Shown: positions 32,297 through 43,229 of the stretch, piece by piece
Numbering within the stretch: the first letter of the stretch is position 1
Layout: each line of letters opens with the position of its first letter
Source: an uncultured Acidobacteriota bacterium
Lineage (GTDB): Bacteria; Acidobacteriota; UBA6911
Assembly (NCBI GenBank): GCA_963827655.1
Contig: CAWHCF010000038.1
Coordinates: forward strand, 1-64,000
Length of the DNA stretch: 64,000 nucleotides
Direction of reading: 5' to 3'
Notes under the pieces: model-generated
Told to the model about the DNA's origin: nothing
What the model saw: only the letters and a program-made list of their open reading frames with translations
Database searches by the model: none
Made by a program: the position numbers and the translations under genes

Positions 32297-33355
32297 CTAA
32301 GGTGCCCCGGTGATTCCGGGTTCCTTCAGGCGCACCGGTTCCCCGGTCTCCAGCGAGCGCTGGGCTTCGAGACACAGCATGACGGCGCGGCGTCCTTCTT
32401 CGGGCGTGATGGGCAACGGCGCCCCTTCGCGTACGGCGCGCGCCAGGGAGTCAATCTCCTCGCGCAGCTCAAAAAGCTCACCCGGCGTCTTCGGCACTTC
32501 CAGCTTCCTCAGGCCTCCCTGATCGGAGATTTCGAGCGAGTAACTGGGATGCTCCGAACGGTCCAGCTCGGCGTGCCACTCGGCCCGCACCATGGCCTGT
32601 GAGCCGATGATCTTGATGCTGAGGTGGTGTTCGACGGCGGCCAGCGTCTGAGAAACCACGGCGTATGCGCGGTTGGGGTAGCTCACGATAGCGACGAAGT
32701 TGTCGTTTAGATCCACCCGGTAAGGAACGCCCGGATCCAGGCGATTGCCGTGCGCGTAGATCATGGAGGGTTCGCCGGCGCGACTGAGGAACCAGGCGGC
32801 GGCGTCAAAATAGTGCACAGGTTCTTCCAATGTCCAGTTTCCTACGCGCTCCGGATCCAGGCGCCATCCCGAAGATCCGCTCCGGTAAGGCCGCCGCCAG
32901 AGATCGATCAGCACATAACGGGGTTCGCCCAACACGCCCGAATCTACCAGATCGCGCATCCGGACGTACATTGCGGAAAAACGCATCTCGTGCCCGATCA
33001 GCAGCAAGCGTTCGGATCTCCGGGCCGCCTCCATGATGCGATTGCAGGACGCCACGCTGGTCGACATCGGTTTTTCCAGCAGAACGTGCCTGCCGCCGGC
33101 CAGGGCGGCGCATGCGATCTCTTCGTGCAGGTAATTTGGAACGACGATGTCGACTATGTCGAGGTCAGATCTCGCCAGTAGTTCGTGAAAATCCGTGTAA
33201 GCAGCCGCGCCGGTTTCCGAAACCGCCAGTGCGCATGATGCTTCAGTCCGGGCGCACACCGCCCGCAGTTCGCACCCTGGAGTTTGTTGGATGGCGCGGG
33301 CGTGATGTTTTCCCCAGGCTCCGTAACCAACCAGTCCCCAACGAAGGTCTGTCAT
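32297..33355 (-). CDS. Gfo/Idh/MocA oxidoreductase
   Basis: WGLVGYGAWG, HVLLEKPM, GHEMRF. Confidence 0.9.
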   Translation of the reverse strand: MTDLRWGLVGYGAWGKHHARAIQQTPGCELRAVCARTEASCALAVSETGAAAYTDFHELLARSDLDIVDIVVPNYLHEEIACAALAGGRHVLLEKPMSTSVASCNRIMEAARRSERLLLIGHEMRFSAMYVRMRDLVDSGVLGEPRYVLIDLWRRPYRSGSSGWRLDPERVGNWTLEEPVHYFDAAAWFLSRAGEPSMIYAHGNRLDPGVPYRVDLNDNFVAIVSYPNRAYAVVSQTLAAVEHHLSIKIIGSQAMVRAEWHAELDRSEHPSYSLEISDQGGLRKLEVPKTPGELFELREEIDSLARAVREGAPLPITPEEGRRAVMLCLEAQRSLETGEPVRLKEPGITGAP

Positions 33356-33379
33356 CTTCTTGGAGTGCGCAAGCTTGCT

Positions 33380-33674
33380 CTGAACCTTACACGCATCTTT
33401 GCATTGGTCCAGAACGAACGGTTACGCCAGCTCGCGCCCTGAAAGGGCGAAAGAAATTAGCCGGGGGCAAGCGGAGCGCTGCCCCCGGTCACACACAACC
33501 GAAGAGACGCGCCCGGAGGGGCGCTGGACGCAGCCCGTCAAAGCTCCTGCGCCCCTTCAGGGCGCATAGACTACAAACCGCAAACCCCGGGCTGCGCTTC
33601 GCTTGCCCGGCTAATTTCCGTCGCCCCATCCGGGGCGAAATCGCCGAGAGTGATGAGATACGCGTAAGGTTCAG
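33380..33674. mobile_element. 295-bp MITE with 19-bp terminal inverted repeats and an 8-bp target duplication
   Basis: AGCTTGCT|CTGAACCTTACACGCATCT ... AGATACGCGTAAGGTTCAG|AGCTTGCT; TIRs 17/19 identical; internal REP hairpins; no ORF. Confidence 0.8.
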
Positions 33675-33766
33675 AGCTTGCTTGCGCCTTGTCTTGCGTC
33701 AGCTTGGTGCCGCGCCCACGGAATCGCCAAACTCCAGCGATAGGCGCTCCAAAAGCGCGCACTGGC

Positions 33767-34753
33767 TCAGCTCCCGCTGCGCTGTGTCCGGCTGGCTTCA
33801 TCCACTGAACCGAAGGCGGAACGCAACGCGAGCGCGGCTTCTTCGCGGGCGGCGCGCGTTTGATCTACCACGGCGCCCATGATGAAGAAGCCATGGATCA
33901 TGCTTTCGTAACAAGACAGCTTGACTGCCACTCCCGCCGAGCGCAAGCGGTTGGCGTAGTCTTCGCCCTCGTCCCGCAGCGGATCATAACCGGTCGTGAC
34001 GATGAGCGCGGGCGGGAGGGCGCCTAGATCGGGAGCCTGAAGCGGCGAAGCATAAGGATTCCGTCCGCTGGCTTCGTCCGGCAGGTACTGGTTCCAGAAA
34101 TAGACCATCTTCTCGTGGGTCAGGTAATAGCCGTCGGCGTTTTCCCGGTACGAGGGAGTATCGAAACTGTAATTCGTGACCGGGTAAACCAGGAGCTGAT
34201 GGCAAAGCCGGGGCCCGTTGCGGTCGCGCGCCATCAGGCATACGACAGTGGCCAGATTGCCTCCGGCGCTGTCGCCGCCGACGGCAATTCGCGCAGGGTC
34301 AAGATCGAGGGACGCGCCCCTCTCGGCGACCCAGCATGTAGCAGCGTAGGCGTCTTCGGCTGCGGCAGGAAACTTGTGTTCCGGCGCCAGCCGGTAATCG
34401 ACCGACACGACGGCGCAGCGCGCGCTAACGGCTAACGCGCGGCAGCAGGTGTCGTGCGTGTCCAGGTTGCCGACCACCCATCCTCCCCCGTGAAAGTAGA
34501 CGAGCACAGGGAACGGACCTTTTCCTCCCGGGAGGTACATGCGCGCCGGGATACTTCCTGCCGGCCCTGGAATCTTGAATTCGTCGACTCTCGCGACCGC
34601 TTCGGGAGGGCTGTCGAGGGTCAAGAGAATCTCGTTCAACATGCGGCGAACCGATTCGGAGGGTATCTCGGCCAGCTTCGGCTGAGGACCCGCGGCCGCT
34701 GCCTGCGCCGCCAGCTGCTCCAGAAATCTCTGTGCCTTTGGATCTAGCGCCAT
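33767..34753 (-). CDS. HSL-family esterase/lipase (alpha/beta hydrolase)
   Basis: HGGGWV, DYRLAPEH, GDSAGG, DPLRDEG, HGF. Confidence 0.92.
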   Translation of the reverse strand: MALDPKAQRFLEQLAAQAAAAGPQPKLAEIPSESVRRMLNEILLTLDSPPEAVARVDEFKIPGPAGSIPARMYLPGGKGPFPVLVYFHGGGWVVGNLDTHDTCCRALAVSARCAVVSVDYRLAPEHKFPAAAEDAYAATCWVAERGASLDLDPARIAVGGDSAGGNLATVVCLMARDRNGPRLCHQLLVYPVTNYSFDTPSYRENADGYYLTHEKMVYFWNQYLPDEASGRNPYASPLQAPDLGALPPALIVTTGYDPLRDEGEDYANRLRSAGVAVKLSCYESMIHGFFIMGAVVDQTRAAREEAALALRSAFGSVDEASRTQRSGS

Positions 34754-34818
34754 GATTCACCTCCGCAATAAAAGTTGGGTCTTCGTGTCTTGGTGGTGCG
34801 CTTTTTTGGCGCGCACTG

Positions 34819-36041
34819 CTAGGCTCGCTGAAAGTAGGCCTGCCGCGGCGCGCGGTAGGCAATCGTAAGCTCCGGCGTCTCGAGGCGGCGGCGGCGGTCA
34901 CGCGATTCGAACAGGAACGCAAGCGCCCCCGTAGTCAAAACCGTGCGCTCGACTGGATAGACGGCCCGCCCCGTGACGAACATCTCTTCGATGCAATGAA
35001 CCAGCCCGTCGAAGTGCGGCAAGTCGCGTCCTGAGGGGAGGGCGAAGAGGCAAGAGACCGGCTCGGCGCGGTCGTTAAGCTTTGCCGCAAACAAGAAATC
35101 ACTGGTGTGCCCATCCAGCATGAAGCTCGCGGCGCGAAATCCGTCACGGTATTCAAGCAAGAAGAGAGCAGGCTTGCGGGCATTCTGCTCGGGGGGGCCC
35201 GCTTTCTTCCGGGTGCTGCGCGCGAGCGCGGATTCAAGCAGGGGCTTGCTCCACTGTCCATCGGGACTGTCGCGCCAGTTCCAGACCTCCTCCCCTTCGC
35301 GAGCCTCAACTGCGGCCAGGCCTCTCTCTCCTCCGGCGCGGCGCTCGACCATGCACTGGAGCGTCTCGAGCGTGTGAAAGCCATAAGCATCGAGGTCGCC
35401 GTAGCCGATCGAAAGCGCGTTCTCGAGCTTGCAGTCAATCGGCAGTTCGAGCTCTGGAGTGCGCACCGTGACCGGAATCGAGGAGCCAGCCATGAACGGG
35501 AAGCCAAGCTCGCGCGCCTGATGGTACATCTCCCTGGCCTTCGTCCAGGAGTACGACAGGTGCTTATCCGAAAACAGGGGCACTGAGCGGCCGCTCTTCT
35601 GGAAAATCTCAACGATCTGCTGAAAAAGCTCATAACGAGGATAAAGCTTCTGTCCCATCTCGTTGGTCGGATATTTGCCGTGCTCCCCGACCAACAGGAC
35701 GGCGTCCACGGCCAGCTTTTCGCCCCCAAGCGTGAGCGCTTCCGCAATGGTCGGGTAAATCTTGAAATCGTGTTTGGCCGCAAGATCTCGACTCATGTCC
35801 TTTTCAGCGATCTGGTCGGTATACATCGAGACGATTCGAGTTCGGGGCTGGACACGAACGTTGTCGGGCGTGTAGCCCTCGAGGATGCGGCCGCAAATGA
35901 CGTCGGCATGGGAGCGATAGCGGTACTCGGTTACAATGGCCGCGACCGTTTTCTTTTCGCCGGTAGACTCGCCAGGCTGAGTCCACCGAGAGAAGCGATC
36001 AGAAATTCTCGCCGGTTCAAGGAGGGTATCGTGTTTAGCAT
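34819..36041 (-). CDS. Tat-exported conserved hypothetical, Gfo/Idh/MocA-like fold (indel near 35955)
   Basis: NRREFL Tat motif; VAAIVTEYR..SHADVI.GRILEGY, LLVGEHG.YP.N, F.DKHLS, MAGSS. Confidence 0.7.
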
Positions 36042-36042
36042 A

Positions 36043-37293
36043 GTGGCTCAGTTTACGTTAATACAGCGCTGTTTCCAGGCGAAAGTAATTTTTGCGTTGC
36101 TTATCCTTTCGACTGCTTTGGCTTCTGCTCAGCCACAGCTTTCGGAGCGGGGGCGCAAGCTGCACCAGGATGCCCTTGTCTTCGACGCGCACATCCACAT
36201 GATTAACCGGCAGTTTCATTCGGGCGGCGACATCGGCGACCGGCTTCCTGACGGTCAGGTAGACCTTCCCAGGCTGCGCGAGGGGGGCGTTGACGCGCTG
36301 CTCTTTTCCCTGTTTGTAAGCGAGGAGTATTATCCGCCGCGTTACGAAACCAGGCACGCGCTGCGGCTGATCGATCTCGCGCTGGAGCAGCTCCAGAAGA
36401 ATGCCAGCACGATCGAGCTCGCCCGGACTGCTTCGGAGATCGAGCGCATCAATAAACAGGGCAAGATCGCGGCGGTTCTTGACCTCGAAGGTGGATTTGA
36501 CCTGGACGGCGATCTTGGCGTTCTGCGGAGTCTTTACCGGTTGGGGCTGAGAGCTGCGCAGCTTCCGGCGCACAACTGGGCCAACAACTTCGCCGATTCG
36601 TGCTGCGCCACGGCGAAGTGGCACGGGCTGAACGAGCGCGGCCGCGCCGTCATCCGGGAAATGAACCGGCTCGGGATGTTGATCAACGTCTCGCACGCTT
36701 CAGACGAAACCCTCGCGCAGGCGATCGAAATCAGCTCGGATCCCCTGGTCGCAACGCACCACGGCTTGCGCAGCTTCAACAATATTCCTCGCACCATGCC
36801 TGATGCTCTGCTCAAGAAGATGGCGGCCAGGGGCGGGGTGATCGGGTTCCATATCGGAAATGAGTTTCACAACGTGAAGATGTTCGAGTGGCGGTCGAAG
36901 CAGGCGGGCAAACCCTTCTGGGATACCAGCGCCATCGGCAAGAAAGAGGCGAGCCTGTCGATTGAGGCGATCGATCGGCTGGTCGCCCCGAAGTTTCCGA
37001 TGGTGGGGCTCAACCCGCCGCAAGAGCTGCTCATGACCGTCGACGACTGGGTCAAGGTGGTCGACCGCGCCATCGAGGTCGCGGGAGAAGATCATGTCGC
37101 TCTCGGCAGCGACTTCGACGGAGGGCCCACGCCGCCGCGCGGAGTACGCGACGTTCGTGATCTGGCCTTGATCACCGACGCGATGCTGCGCCGCGGCTAC
37201 TCCGAGACGCGAATCCGGAAATTCCTGGGAGGGAACCTGCTCCGAGTCTTCCGGCAGGTTACGGAAAAGACAAAGCCCAGAGATACGAAATAA
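36043..37293 (+). CDS. Membrane dipeptidase (M19) family; start approximate
   Basis: FDAHIH, VDLPRLREGG, EMNRLGMLINVSHAS, ALGSDFDG, GGNLLRV. Confidence 0.88.
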   Translation: MAQFTLIQRCFQAKVIFALLILSTALASAQPQLSERGRKLHQDALVFDAHIHMINRQFHSGGDIGDRLPDGQVDLPRLREGGVDALLFSLFVSEEYYPPRYETRHALRLIDLALEQLQKNASTIELARTASEIERINKQGKIAAVLDLEGGFDLDGDLGVLRSLYRLGLRAAQLPAHNWANNFADSCCATAKWHGLNERGRAVIREMNRLGMLINVSHASDETLAQAIEISSDPLVATHHGLRSFNNIPRTMPDALLKKMAARGGVIGFHIGNEFHNVKMFEWRSKQAGKPFWDTSAIGKKEASLSIEAIDRLVAPKFPMVGLNPPQELLMTVDDWVKVVDRAIEVAGEDHVALGSDFDGGPTPPRGVRDVRDLALITDAMLRRGYSETRIRKFLGGNLLRVFRQVTEKTKPRDTK

Positions 37294-37335
37294 ATACCAC
37301 CAGGACACCAAGACACGAAGAAACACCAGGAATTC

Positions 37336-38757
37336 TTATTTCGTCTGGAGCAGCTTCCTCAATTCCGTCACGGTGCCGGTATACTTGGGGTCTTGCGCCA
37401 GATTCTTGTATTCACCGGGATCGCGACGGTGATCGTAAAGTTCGGCGCCTTGCTTTCCTTCATCCCATTCGCTGTAACGCCAGCGCTCGGTGCGTACGGA
37501 ATAACCGGCGACTGGGCCGCGCTGCACCTGAGTAAAGGCGGCGTTTTTCCAGGGGCGTCTGGGGTCATCGAGCAGCGGGCCGAAGCTGCGCCCTTGCAGA
37601 TTGGCCGGGGCAGGCAAGTCGCACAACTCGGCCAGCGTCGGATAGATATCCAGGAACTCCACCAGCCGCGAACTGCTTTTCCCTTTGGCTGTCATTTTCG
37701 GCGTGACCACGATGAGAGGAGCGCGGGCCGACAGCTCGAAGATCGTGTTTTTGTTCCACCAGCCGCGCTCGCCGAGATGGTAGCCGTGATCGCCGAAGAA
37801 GACGATGATCGTGTTGTCGGCCAGCTTGAGCCGGTCGAGCGCGTCGAGCACCTTGCCGATCTGGGCATCGGTGAACGAGATGCCCGCGTAGTAAGCGCGC
37901 ATGAACTCGCGGCGCTCGCGGTCGGTGAAGCGCGCGAATTCTTCACGCGGACCGGCTGGGATCGCGTGCGGCACGTCCGGCGTGCGCCCGGCAGGGTCGC
38001 GCGGCAGCTTGAGTTCGTCGAGCGGGTAGAGATCGAAGTAGCGCTTGGGCGCAATGAAGGGGTCGTGCGGCTTGTGAAAGCCGAGCGCGAGAAAGAAGCG
38101 CCGCTCGCGCTGCTGCTCCAGCAGGCGAATGGCCTCGCGCGCGATCTGGCCGTCGGGCTGATCTTCGTCGTCGCCTTCCGCCGCCAGCCAGTGGCACCAG
38201 GCCAGACGGCCCCCGGTCAGGTTGCGCCCTTCGCCCAGTTGGCCTTGCCCGGTTGTCTGAAAATAGCGCGCCTCGTCCCAGGACTTCTTGTCATCCATCT
38301 CGGCCCGCAAGTCCTCCATGGTCAACCCCCGATGGAAGATTTTGCCCAGGCTCGCCGTGTAGTAGGCTTGCTGCCGGAACAGCTGCGGCAGGGTCACCAC
38401 GTCGGGCAGCTTCGCGCGGAAGTTGGTGCTGTTGCTGAGCACACCCGTGGCGTCGGGCCGCAGCCCGGTGAGCAATGAGGTGCGGCTCGGATTGCAGACC
38501 GGGTACTGGCAGTAGGCGCGATCAAAGCGCATCCCGCGCTTCGCCAGCCGGTCAATGTTCGGAGTCTTTACCAGCGGATGCCCATAAGAGCCCAGATCGT
38601 TGCGCAAATCGTCCACCGCGATGAACAGGACGTTCGGATGGCGCGGATCCCCGCCATCCGGATGCAGATTGCGGGCAGCGGGAAGTGATGCGTTCATCAG
38701 GCCGTAGAAAAGCGCGCAGAAAAAAATGAGTCGTGAAGTTTTTCCATGTCCGCTCAT
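37336..38757 (-). CDS. Sulfatase (iduronate-2-sulfatase-like)
   Basis: [41 protein letters not shown]. Confidence 0.92.
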   Translation of the reverse strand: MSGHGKTSRLIFFCALFYGLMNASLPAARNLHPDGGDPRHPNVLFIAVDDLRNDLGSYGHPLVKTPNIDRLAKRGMRFDRAYCQYPVCNPSRTSLLTGLRPDATGVLSNSTNFRAKLPDVVTLPQLFRQQAYYTASLGKIFHRGLTMEDLRAEMDDKKSWDEARYFQTTGQGQLGEGRNLTGGRLAWCHWLAAEGDDEDQPDGQIAREAIRLLEQQRERRFFLALGFHKPHDPFIAPKRYFDLYPLDELKLPRDPAGRTPDVPHAIPAGPREEFARFTDRERREFMRAYYAGISFTDAQIGKVLDALDRLKLADNTIIVFFGDHGYHLGERGWWNKNTIFELSARAPLIVVTPKMTAKGKSSSRLVEFLDIYPTLAELCDLPAPANLQGRSFGPLLDDPRRPWKNAAFTQVQRGPVAGYSVRTERWRYSEWDEGKQGAELYDHRRDPGEYKNLAQDPKYTGTVTELRKLLQTK

Positions 38758-38891
38758 AGTCAAATTTGAGAACATTAAACCACGAAGAGGCCAAGTACAG
38801 GGCAAGGATTCTTTGATGTTCTTTGTGTCTTTGTGCCCTGGTGGTATTTGTTGTCAGCGCTAACCACGGAGTCAACGAAGGAGTGATCCGA

Positions 38892-40482
38892 ATGCGTGAC
38901 AGAAAAGCAACACGGCATGCATGGATGGGAGTGCAGCTGTGCGTGTGCCTCGCGGCGATTGGCATCAGCGAAGGCTCTTGGCTGCAAAACCCCGACCCAC
39001 TGGCGGCCGAGGTCGTCATTCGAGCAGATCAGCCTGGCAAGACGATCAATCCCAACATCTACGGGCACTTTGCCGAGCATCTCGGACGGTGCATCTACGA
39101 AGGCATCTGGGTCGGCGAAGATTCGGCTATCCCCAACACGCGCGGGATCCGCAACGACGTCGTCGCGGCGCTCAAACAGATCAAGGTTCCCGTTCTGCGC
39201 TGGCCGGGCGGATGTTTCGCGGATGAGTATCACTGGAAGGACGGCATCGGCCCGCGCGAAAAACGCCCGCGCATGATCAACACCCACTGGGGCGGCGTCG
39301 TCGAGAACAACCACTTCGGCACACACGAGTTCATGGACCTGTGCGAGCAGATCGGCGCCGAGCCATACGTCTGCGGTAACGTCGGCTCCGGAACGGTGCA
39401 GGAGATGATGGAGTGGGTCGAGTACATGACCAGCGATGCCGACTCACCGATGGCCAACCTCCGCCGGCAGAACGGCCGCGAGAAGCCGTGGAAGGTGAAA
39501 TACTTTGGCGTGGGAAATGAGAGCTGGGGCTGTGGCGGAAACATGCGGCCCGAGTTCTACGCCGATAATTTCCGCCGGTACAACACGTTCGTGAAGAATT
39601 ATTCCGGCAACCGCATCGAGCGCATTGCCTGCGGCTCCAACGGCCAGGATTTCAACTGGACTGATGTCCTGATGCGCATGGGTGGACGAAACATGAACGG
39701 TTTGTCGCTTCATTGGTACACGCTGCCGACCAGCAATTGGCGAAAGAAAGGCTCGGCCACCGAGTTTGGCGAGGATCAGTGGCATTCGACCTTCGTGCAG
39801 ACGCTGCGCATGGAGGAGTTGATTACGAAGCACTCCGCCATCATGGACAAATACGATCCCGAAAAACGGGTCGGCATGATCGTCGATGAGTGGGGAGCGT
39901 GGTATGACGTCGAACCCGGCACCAATCCCGGCTTCCTCTACCAGCAGAACTCGCTGCGTGATGCGCTGGTCGCCGCGATCAATCTCAACATCTTCAACCA
40001 GCACTGCGATCGCGTGACGATGGCCAACATCGCACAGACGATCAATGTGCTCCAGGCGATGATCCTCACCGACAAGGCGAAGATGCTACTCACGCCGACG
40101 TATCACGTGTTCGAGATGTACAAGGCGCACCACGGCGCGACACTGATTCCACTGGAAGTGAAGACGCCTGAGTACAAGCTCGGAGAAGCCGCGGTGACGA
40201 TGCTGCACGCGTCGGCATCGCGCGATGCATCGGGGCGCATCCATCTGTCGATCGTGAATCTCGATCCGAATCGCATCGCAAGGATTGCCACGAAGGTCAC
40301 CGGAGCGCCCGCAGGGAAGGTGAAGCGGCCGCGTCCTGACGGCTCCGGCTATTAACGCGCATAACACCTTTGACAACACTGGCGCCGTCAAGCCGGCCGC
40401 GTTCGACGCTTTCGCCATTGCGGGAGACTTGATTTCACTTACCCTTCCGCCCAAATCGGTGGTCGTGCTCGGGATTCAATGA
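38892..40482 (+). CDS. Alpha-L-arabinofuranosidase GH51 (indel near 40325)
   Basis: [53 protein letters not shown]; C-terminus AHNTFD...LPPKSVVVL in the next frame. Confidence 0.92.
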
Positions 40483-40531
40483 GAGGGGAAAATAATTGAC
40501 GTTAATCAGTCTCATAGTGTAACTGAGCACG

Positions 40532-41180
40532 ATGCTTCGGGTTCTGGGTGGAGCGCTAGGTTTGGTCGCCTGCATGGCGGCGGTCGCGGCCGAGATCGAC
40601 AAGCCGACGCTCGCATGGACGCAGGCTGTAGTCGATCGGTGGGAGATCGCCTGCCGAAAGTATTTGAACGTGCCGCCCCATCCGCTGCCCTGGATTATCT
40701 TTTTCGATGACCGTTCCGCATGGCATTTGAACCCCGACAAATCTGAGCTCCCCGGCCACACGTATTGAGAGCGGCCGTGAATTTGGCCGAGACACGAGGT
40801 GGTCCAGGTAGAGCACCGCGAAGGCCGCCTCTGGGTTCCGGGTCGTGATGCGCTGCCATAAAGGCGGGCGGCGCACCATGCCGTATTCCGACGACCGCAG
40901 AGTATTTTTCGAGCTGGCGCTGCCGTCGTTATGGCAGAAGGACGGTGGCGCCTCGCGCGAGTGGACGATGATATCGGCTCGCCTCCATGAATTGACGCCA
41001 CGCGGCAGATGGTCGACGTGTCGAGGTGAATTACGCGAATGGCGGGCGGATCACGCGCAGCCGAGCCGAGCAGTTCGGCGGCAGACAGCAGGTGATGTTC
41101 TTGTTTACCAGATGCGGGACGCATCACGAGGTCTGGCAGCAATGGCGTCGAAGGGCGTGGTCTCTGTTCGGCGCTTTTGA
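40532..41180 (+). pseudogene. Heavily frameshifted secreted hypothetical protein with a possible HExxH motif
   Basis: Signal-like start, LPWIIFFD, HEL(T/H) segment; multiple frame breaks. Confidence 0.35.
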
Positions 41181-41290
41181 TCGACCGGCTGGTGCCGGAG
41201 CTGGCAGGCACGTTTCCTCGCGCCGGCTTTTCCGTCACCGTTTGCAGTACTGCACGAGGTGGTGAGTGCGGCTCGGTGACCCTGCCCCGG

Positions 41291-41577
41291 CTATCTTGCG
41301 TCACGCTCCTCCCGAATCAAGGCGCCCAGGTCATAGTGGACTGCTCGCGTTTTGGGCAACCGATAAAACCGTGCCGGGGTACCCTTGGACATTTCACCCA
41401 GCTTCAGCGTCCGGTCTCCAGTAGTCGCGTCAGTTCAACATCAGGGTCGCTATCGGGCGGGCTCAATTTCGCGACCACCTGGTTGCGCCGCTTGATCACC
41501 ATGGAATCGCCATCTGCCACGGCGTTCAAACAGGCACTGAGATTGCGCCGAAACTTCGCGACTGTAATCACCTTCAT
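41291..41577 (-). CDS. Phd/YefM-family antitoxin (one indel near 41410)
   Basis: GGAGGAG RBS; MKVITVAKFRRNLSACLNAVADGDSMVIKRRNQVVAKLSP...; corrected frame ends DLGALIREERDAR*. Confidence 0.8.
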
Positions 41578-41595
41578 GTGCTCCTCCCAGCGAGT

Positions 41596-41610
41596 TGTAC
41601 ATAGTGTACA
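41596..41610. promoter_or_regulatory. Probable antitoxin operator: two TGTACA hexamers
   Basis: TGTACA-TAG-TGTACA 18 nt upstream of the antitoxin ATG; TGTACA is the core of the YefM and Phd operators. Confidence 0.55.
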
Positions 41611-41767
41611 TTGAGGCAGCGGCCAGACAATGGAGATCGTGACGGAACCGCTCATCAAAGGGGTGAAGGTGAAAGACCTCGTTCGAAGTGCTTGGGCGCG
41701 CCTTTCCGCTTCCGCAGCGGATGATTTCAATGCCCCCATGACTGAGTCTTTAAATCTGGAGGGAATA

Positions 41768-42757
41768 ATGCGTCCGAGAACCGCCGGTTACCTGGTGTTG
41801 ATCGGCATTGCCGTCATCGTCGAGACCCGTCTTTGGGCTGGACCTGAGGCGGCACCTGGCAATGCTTACGAGGAGGTGAAGGACTGGCCGAGACTTCCTG
41901 CAAGCGTTCAGCTTGGAGAAGTGCCGGGCGTGGCGATCGATACCCATGGTCACGTGTTTGTGTTTCATCGACCCGGACGAGGGTTCGAACCGCAAGCGAC
42001 AGAGTTGCTCTCGGAGCCCACGATTCTCGAGATTGACGCCGCTACCGGCAAGCTGCTCAATTCCTGGGGCGCGAACATGTTTCTTGTGCCGCATGGAATC
42101 ACGATCGACAGCAGCAACAATGTCTGGGTCACCGACGTGGGTCTCCAGCAGGTGCTCAAGTTCTCACATGACGGACGACTGCTCCTGAAGTTGGGAGAAG
42201 CGCGCGTGGGAGGATCGGACGCGACACACTTCAATCAACCTACGGACATCGCCATTCGCACGGATGGGGAATTCTACATATCGGACGGCTACGTGAACAG
42301 TCGAGTCGCCCTGTTCGATCGAGCGGGCAAATACCTCTCGGAGTGGGGGAAGAAGGGGAATGCAGAATCGCAGTTCGACAATCCGCACGGACTCGCGCTG
42401 GCGCCTGACGGGGATGTTCTGGTGGCAGACCGGCAGAATTCACGGATTCAGGTATTCGATCGCGCCGGGAAATTCAAGAGCCAATGGTTGGGTGCGAAAG
42501 AAAAGGGAAGAGTCTTCGGCGTTGCCGTCGATGACGCCGGCGCGCTGTATGTCGGCGTGCGCAAGGCCGACTACGATCCCCCGTCTAACGGCATACTCAA
42601 GCTCGATCGCGAATGGCGTACTGTCGCAGCCATCGGATTCGGCGGTCCAGGCGGTCCGGTTTTCAATGCAGTTCATGACATCGCCGTTGCTGAAGACGGA
42701 ACGATCTACGTGGCAGAGACCCGAACAAAGCGAGTCGTGAAGCTACGGCCCCGATAA
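41768..42757 (+). CDS. NHL-repeat beta-propeller, peptidyl-alpha-hydroxyglycine lyase-like
   Basis: PHGITID...VWVTD, FNQPTDIA, SDGYVNSRV, VADRQNSRIQVF. Confidence 0.85.
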   Translation: MRPRTAGYLVLIGIAVIVETRLWAGPEAAPGNAYEEVKDWPRLPASVQLGEVPGVAIDTHGHVFVFHRPGRGFEPQATELLSEPTILEIDAATGKLLNSWGANMFLVPHGITIDSSNNVWVTDVGLQQVLKFSHDGRLLLKLGEARVGGSDATHFNQPTDIAIRTDGEFYISDGYVNSRVALFDRAGKYLSEWGKKGNAESQFDNPHGLALAPDGDVLVADRQNSRIQVFDRAGKFKSQWLGAKEKGRVFGVAVDDAGALYVGVRKADYDPPSNGILKLDREWRTVAAIGFGGPGGPVFNAVHDIAVAEDGTIYVAETRTKRVVKLRPR

Positions 42758-42912
42758 GCGCGCCTGCGGATAAGCTGAACCCGCGAGTTGTTCAGCTCAA
42801 GGCGTACGGCTCAGCTTCCGGGAGTATCGCGAAGACCTTGGGCCCGGCGCTTAGAACGTGTCAAAAAATGCAGCGGATGGTCCTCGATTGACCGGGCCCT
42901 TTGGCTTGCGCC

Positions 42913-43091
42913 AGGCCCGAAGGGCCGGCAGTGCGTAGGCCGGCCGTAAGGCCGGGAAAACAGTTCAGGTTTAGAACGAGCGCCGAAGGTGCGACACAGT
43001 CGAAGTGCCGGTCCTTCGGACCTCGGACTCAGGGTCTGCCATTCCCCCGCCCTGACGGGCGGGGCTAATTCACTGCCGGGCCTTCGGCCCT
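42913..43091. repeat. REP/REPIN-like multi-hairpin element
   Basis: Terminal inverted AGGCCCGAAGGGCCGGCAGTG ... CACTGCCGGGCCTTCGGCCCT with internal GAAG/TTCG hairpins. Confidence 0.7.
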
Positions 43092-43229
43092 GTTACCCGC
43101 ACGCGCGCTGCGGTGCCAGCGAAATGCCCAAACTCCGGGGCGCGGGTCATCAGAACCCGCGCCACAGACCCAATTGTTTCACAGCTTCTTATGAACGGGA
43201 ATCGTGGTTCATCGCCGGTGAAGGCCTTT

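Noticed and set aside
40960-41045. PIN toxin start (VIHLDTS) on the minus strand downstream of the antitoxin
   Set aside because: It lies about 250 nt from the antitoxin stop, has no RBS or further PIN motifs, and is antisense to a degraded plus-strand gene.
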